Below are positions 63,099-64,000 of a DNA stretch of 64,000 nucleotides, piece by piece; within the stretch, counting starts at the first letter, position 1, and every line of letters begins with the position of its first letter. This DNA is from Macrostomum lignano (taxonomy: Eukaryota): NCBI GenBank assembly GCA_002269645.1, contig NIVC01000550.1:124001-188000 (forward strand), read 5' to 3'. Below the pieces are notes generated by a model that saw nothing but the letters and a program-made list of their open reading frames with translations, did no database searches and had not been told where the DNA came from. The translations under genes and the position numbers were made by a program.

Positions 63099-64000
63099 TA
63101 TAGATATTACTAAATTTACACAGCGGCCTAACAACTAATAAATATCTAACCAAGTCACAAACTAATACTTTGCGCTCCACAAAAGGGGCTATTTGATCTG
63201 TAAGTTTCTTCTGTTAAAGCTGTTTCATCTCATGCTAACACATTAGGTATAGACAGTGACCGTTCAAATCGAGTGGCTTTTTGCGGTCTGCATGGTTACA
63301 AACTGAAATATGATCCCTAAATTTTCACTGCTCTCACACTAGGACAGATTGAGAATTAAACAGATAAAACATTGATGCAAGAAATTTTCGGGACATTATT
63401 TGCGTTCTCCGGGATTTTATTTGGTAATAATGAATAATATCCCGTAAAATATAGACAGACATCGAACAATGAAAGCAGCCAAGTTTATCTTAGAACTGAT
63501 CTTTACTCTTTACGAGCATCGACAATCGAGCAGTTGGATTCAGACTTTAAACTCAGAACCGTTAGACAAAAAATGTGTCTTCTGTAAAGCAGAAAGCGAA
63601 CAATTGTGATAAAGTGGACTTATTTTTGCTTCTAGTGATGCATAAATTTTGTGATACAACTGCGCAACTGCATGTGACTATATACTGTCAAGACCACATG
63701 TGTGCTCTATCAGATGTTTTCACGGCCATTAGGTGCAGTGTGTGAGCAAAACAGGTTGTACTCTTGCAAACCACGACGACATATCCATTAAAGCATCGGG
63801 CGTGTGGGTTTCAACCAAAGAGTGCAGTATTGTAGGTCGCCATGATACGAGCGCGTGAGTTCGAACAAAAAAATTAAGCACATTATATTTTCTCCGCCTA
63901 ACCCCTCTCCGATCACCATAATTATTGCAGTAGAAATGAGAAAATTATGAGATGCAGAAATGAGACTCAAAAATACGCATCTATATGATGAGGACGCACT

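Overview
Eukaryotic (animal) genomic DNA, not prokaryotic: it has spliced GT-AG genes, SINEs, MITEs, Helitrons and very dense tandem repeats. The style (GC-rich, poly-Ala/Gln coding exons separated by minisatellite-filled introns) suggests a free-living flatworm such as Macrostomum; this is inference only. By manual splice reconstruction with phase checks I can support five protein-coding genes: (1) a 2-exon TPR/acidic NASP-like protein; (2) a 3-exon class A GPCR of the melatonin-receptor-like NRY type; (3) a 15-exon ADAM metalloprotease on the minus strand spanning 28 kb; (4) a 5-exon PHF14 homologue, head-to-head with the ADAM gene; (5) a 2-exon secreted PAN/apple plus F-type lectin. Most long ORFs in the supplied track are artefacts of tandem repeats. 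The most unusual observations: a 36 x 45-bp array upstream of, and in frame with, the GPCR, in which almost every unit looks like a complete GT..branch..AG micro-intron; a head-to-tail array of non-autonomous Helitrons in the 16.5-kb ADAM intron, each copy carrying different expanded satellites; and most of the longer introns being filled by their own minisatellite, often starting close to the splice sites. All coordinates were counted by eye; repeat boundaries are approximate.
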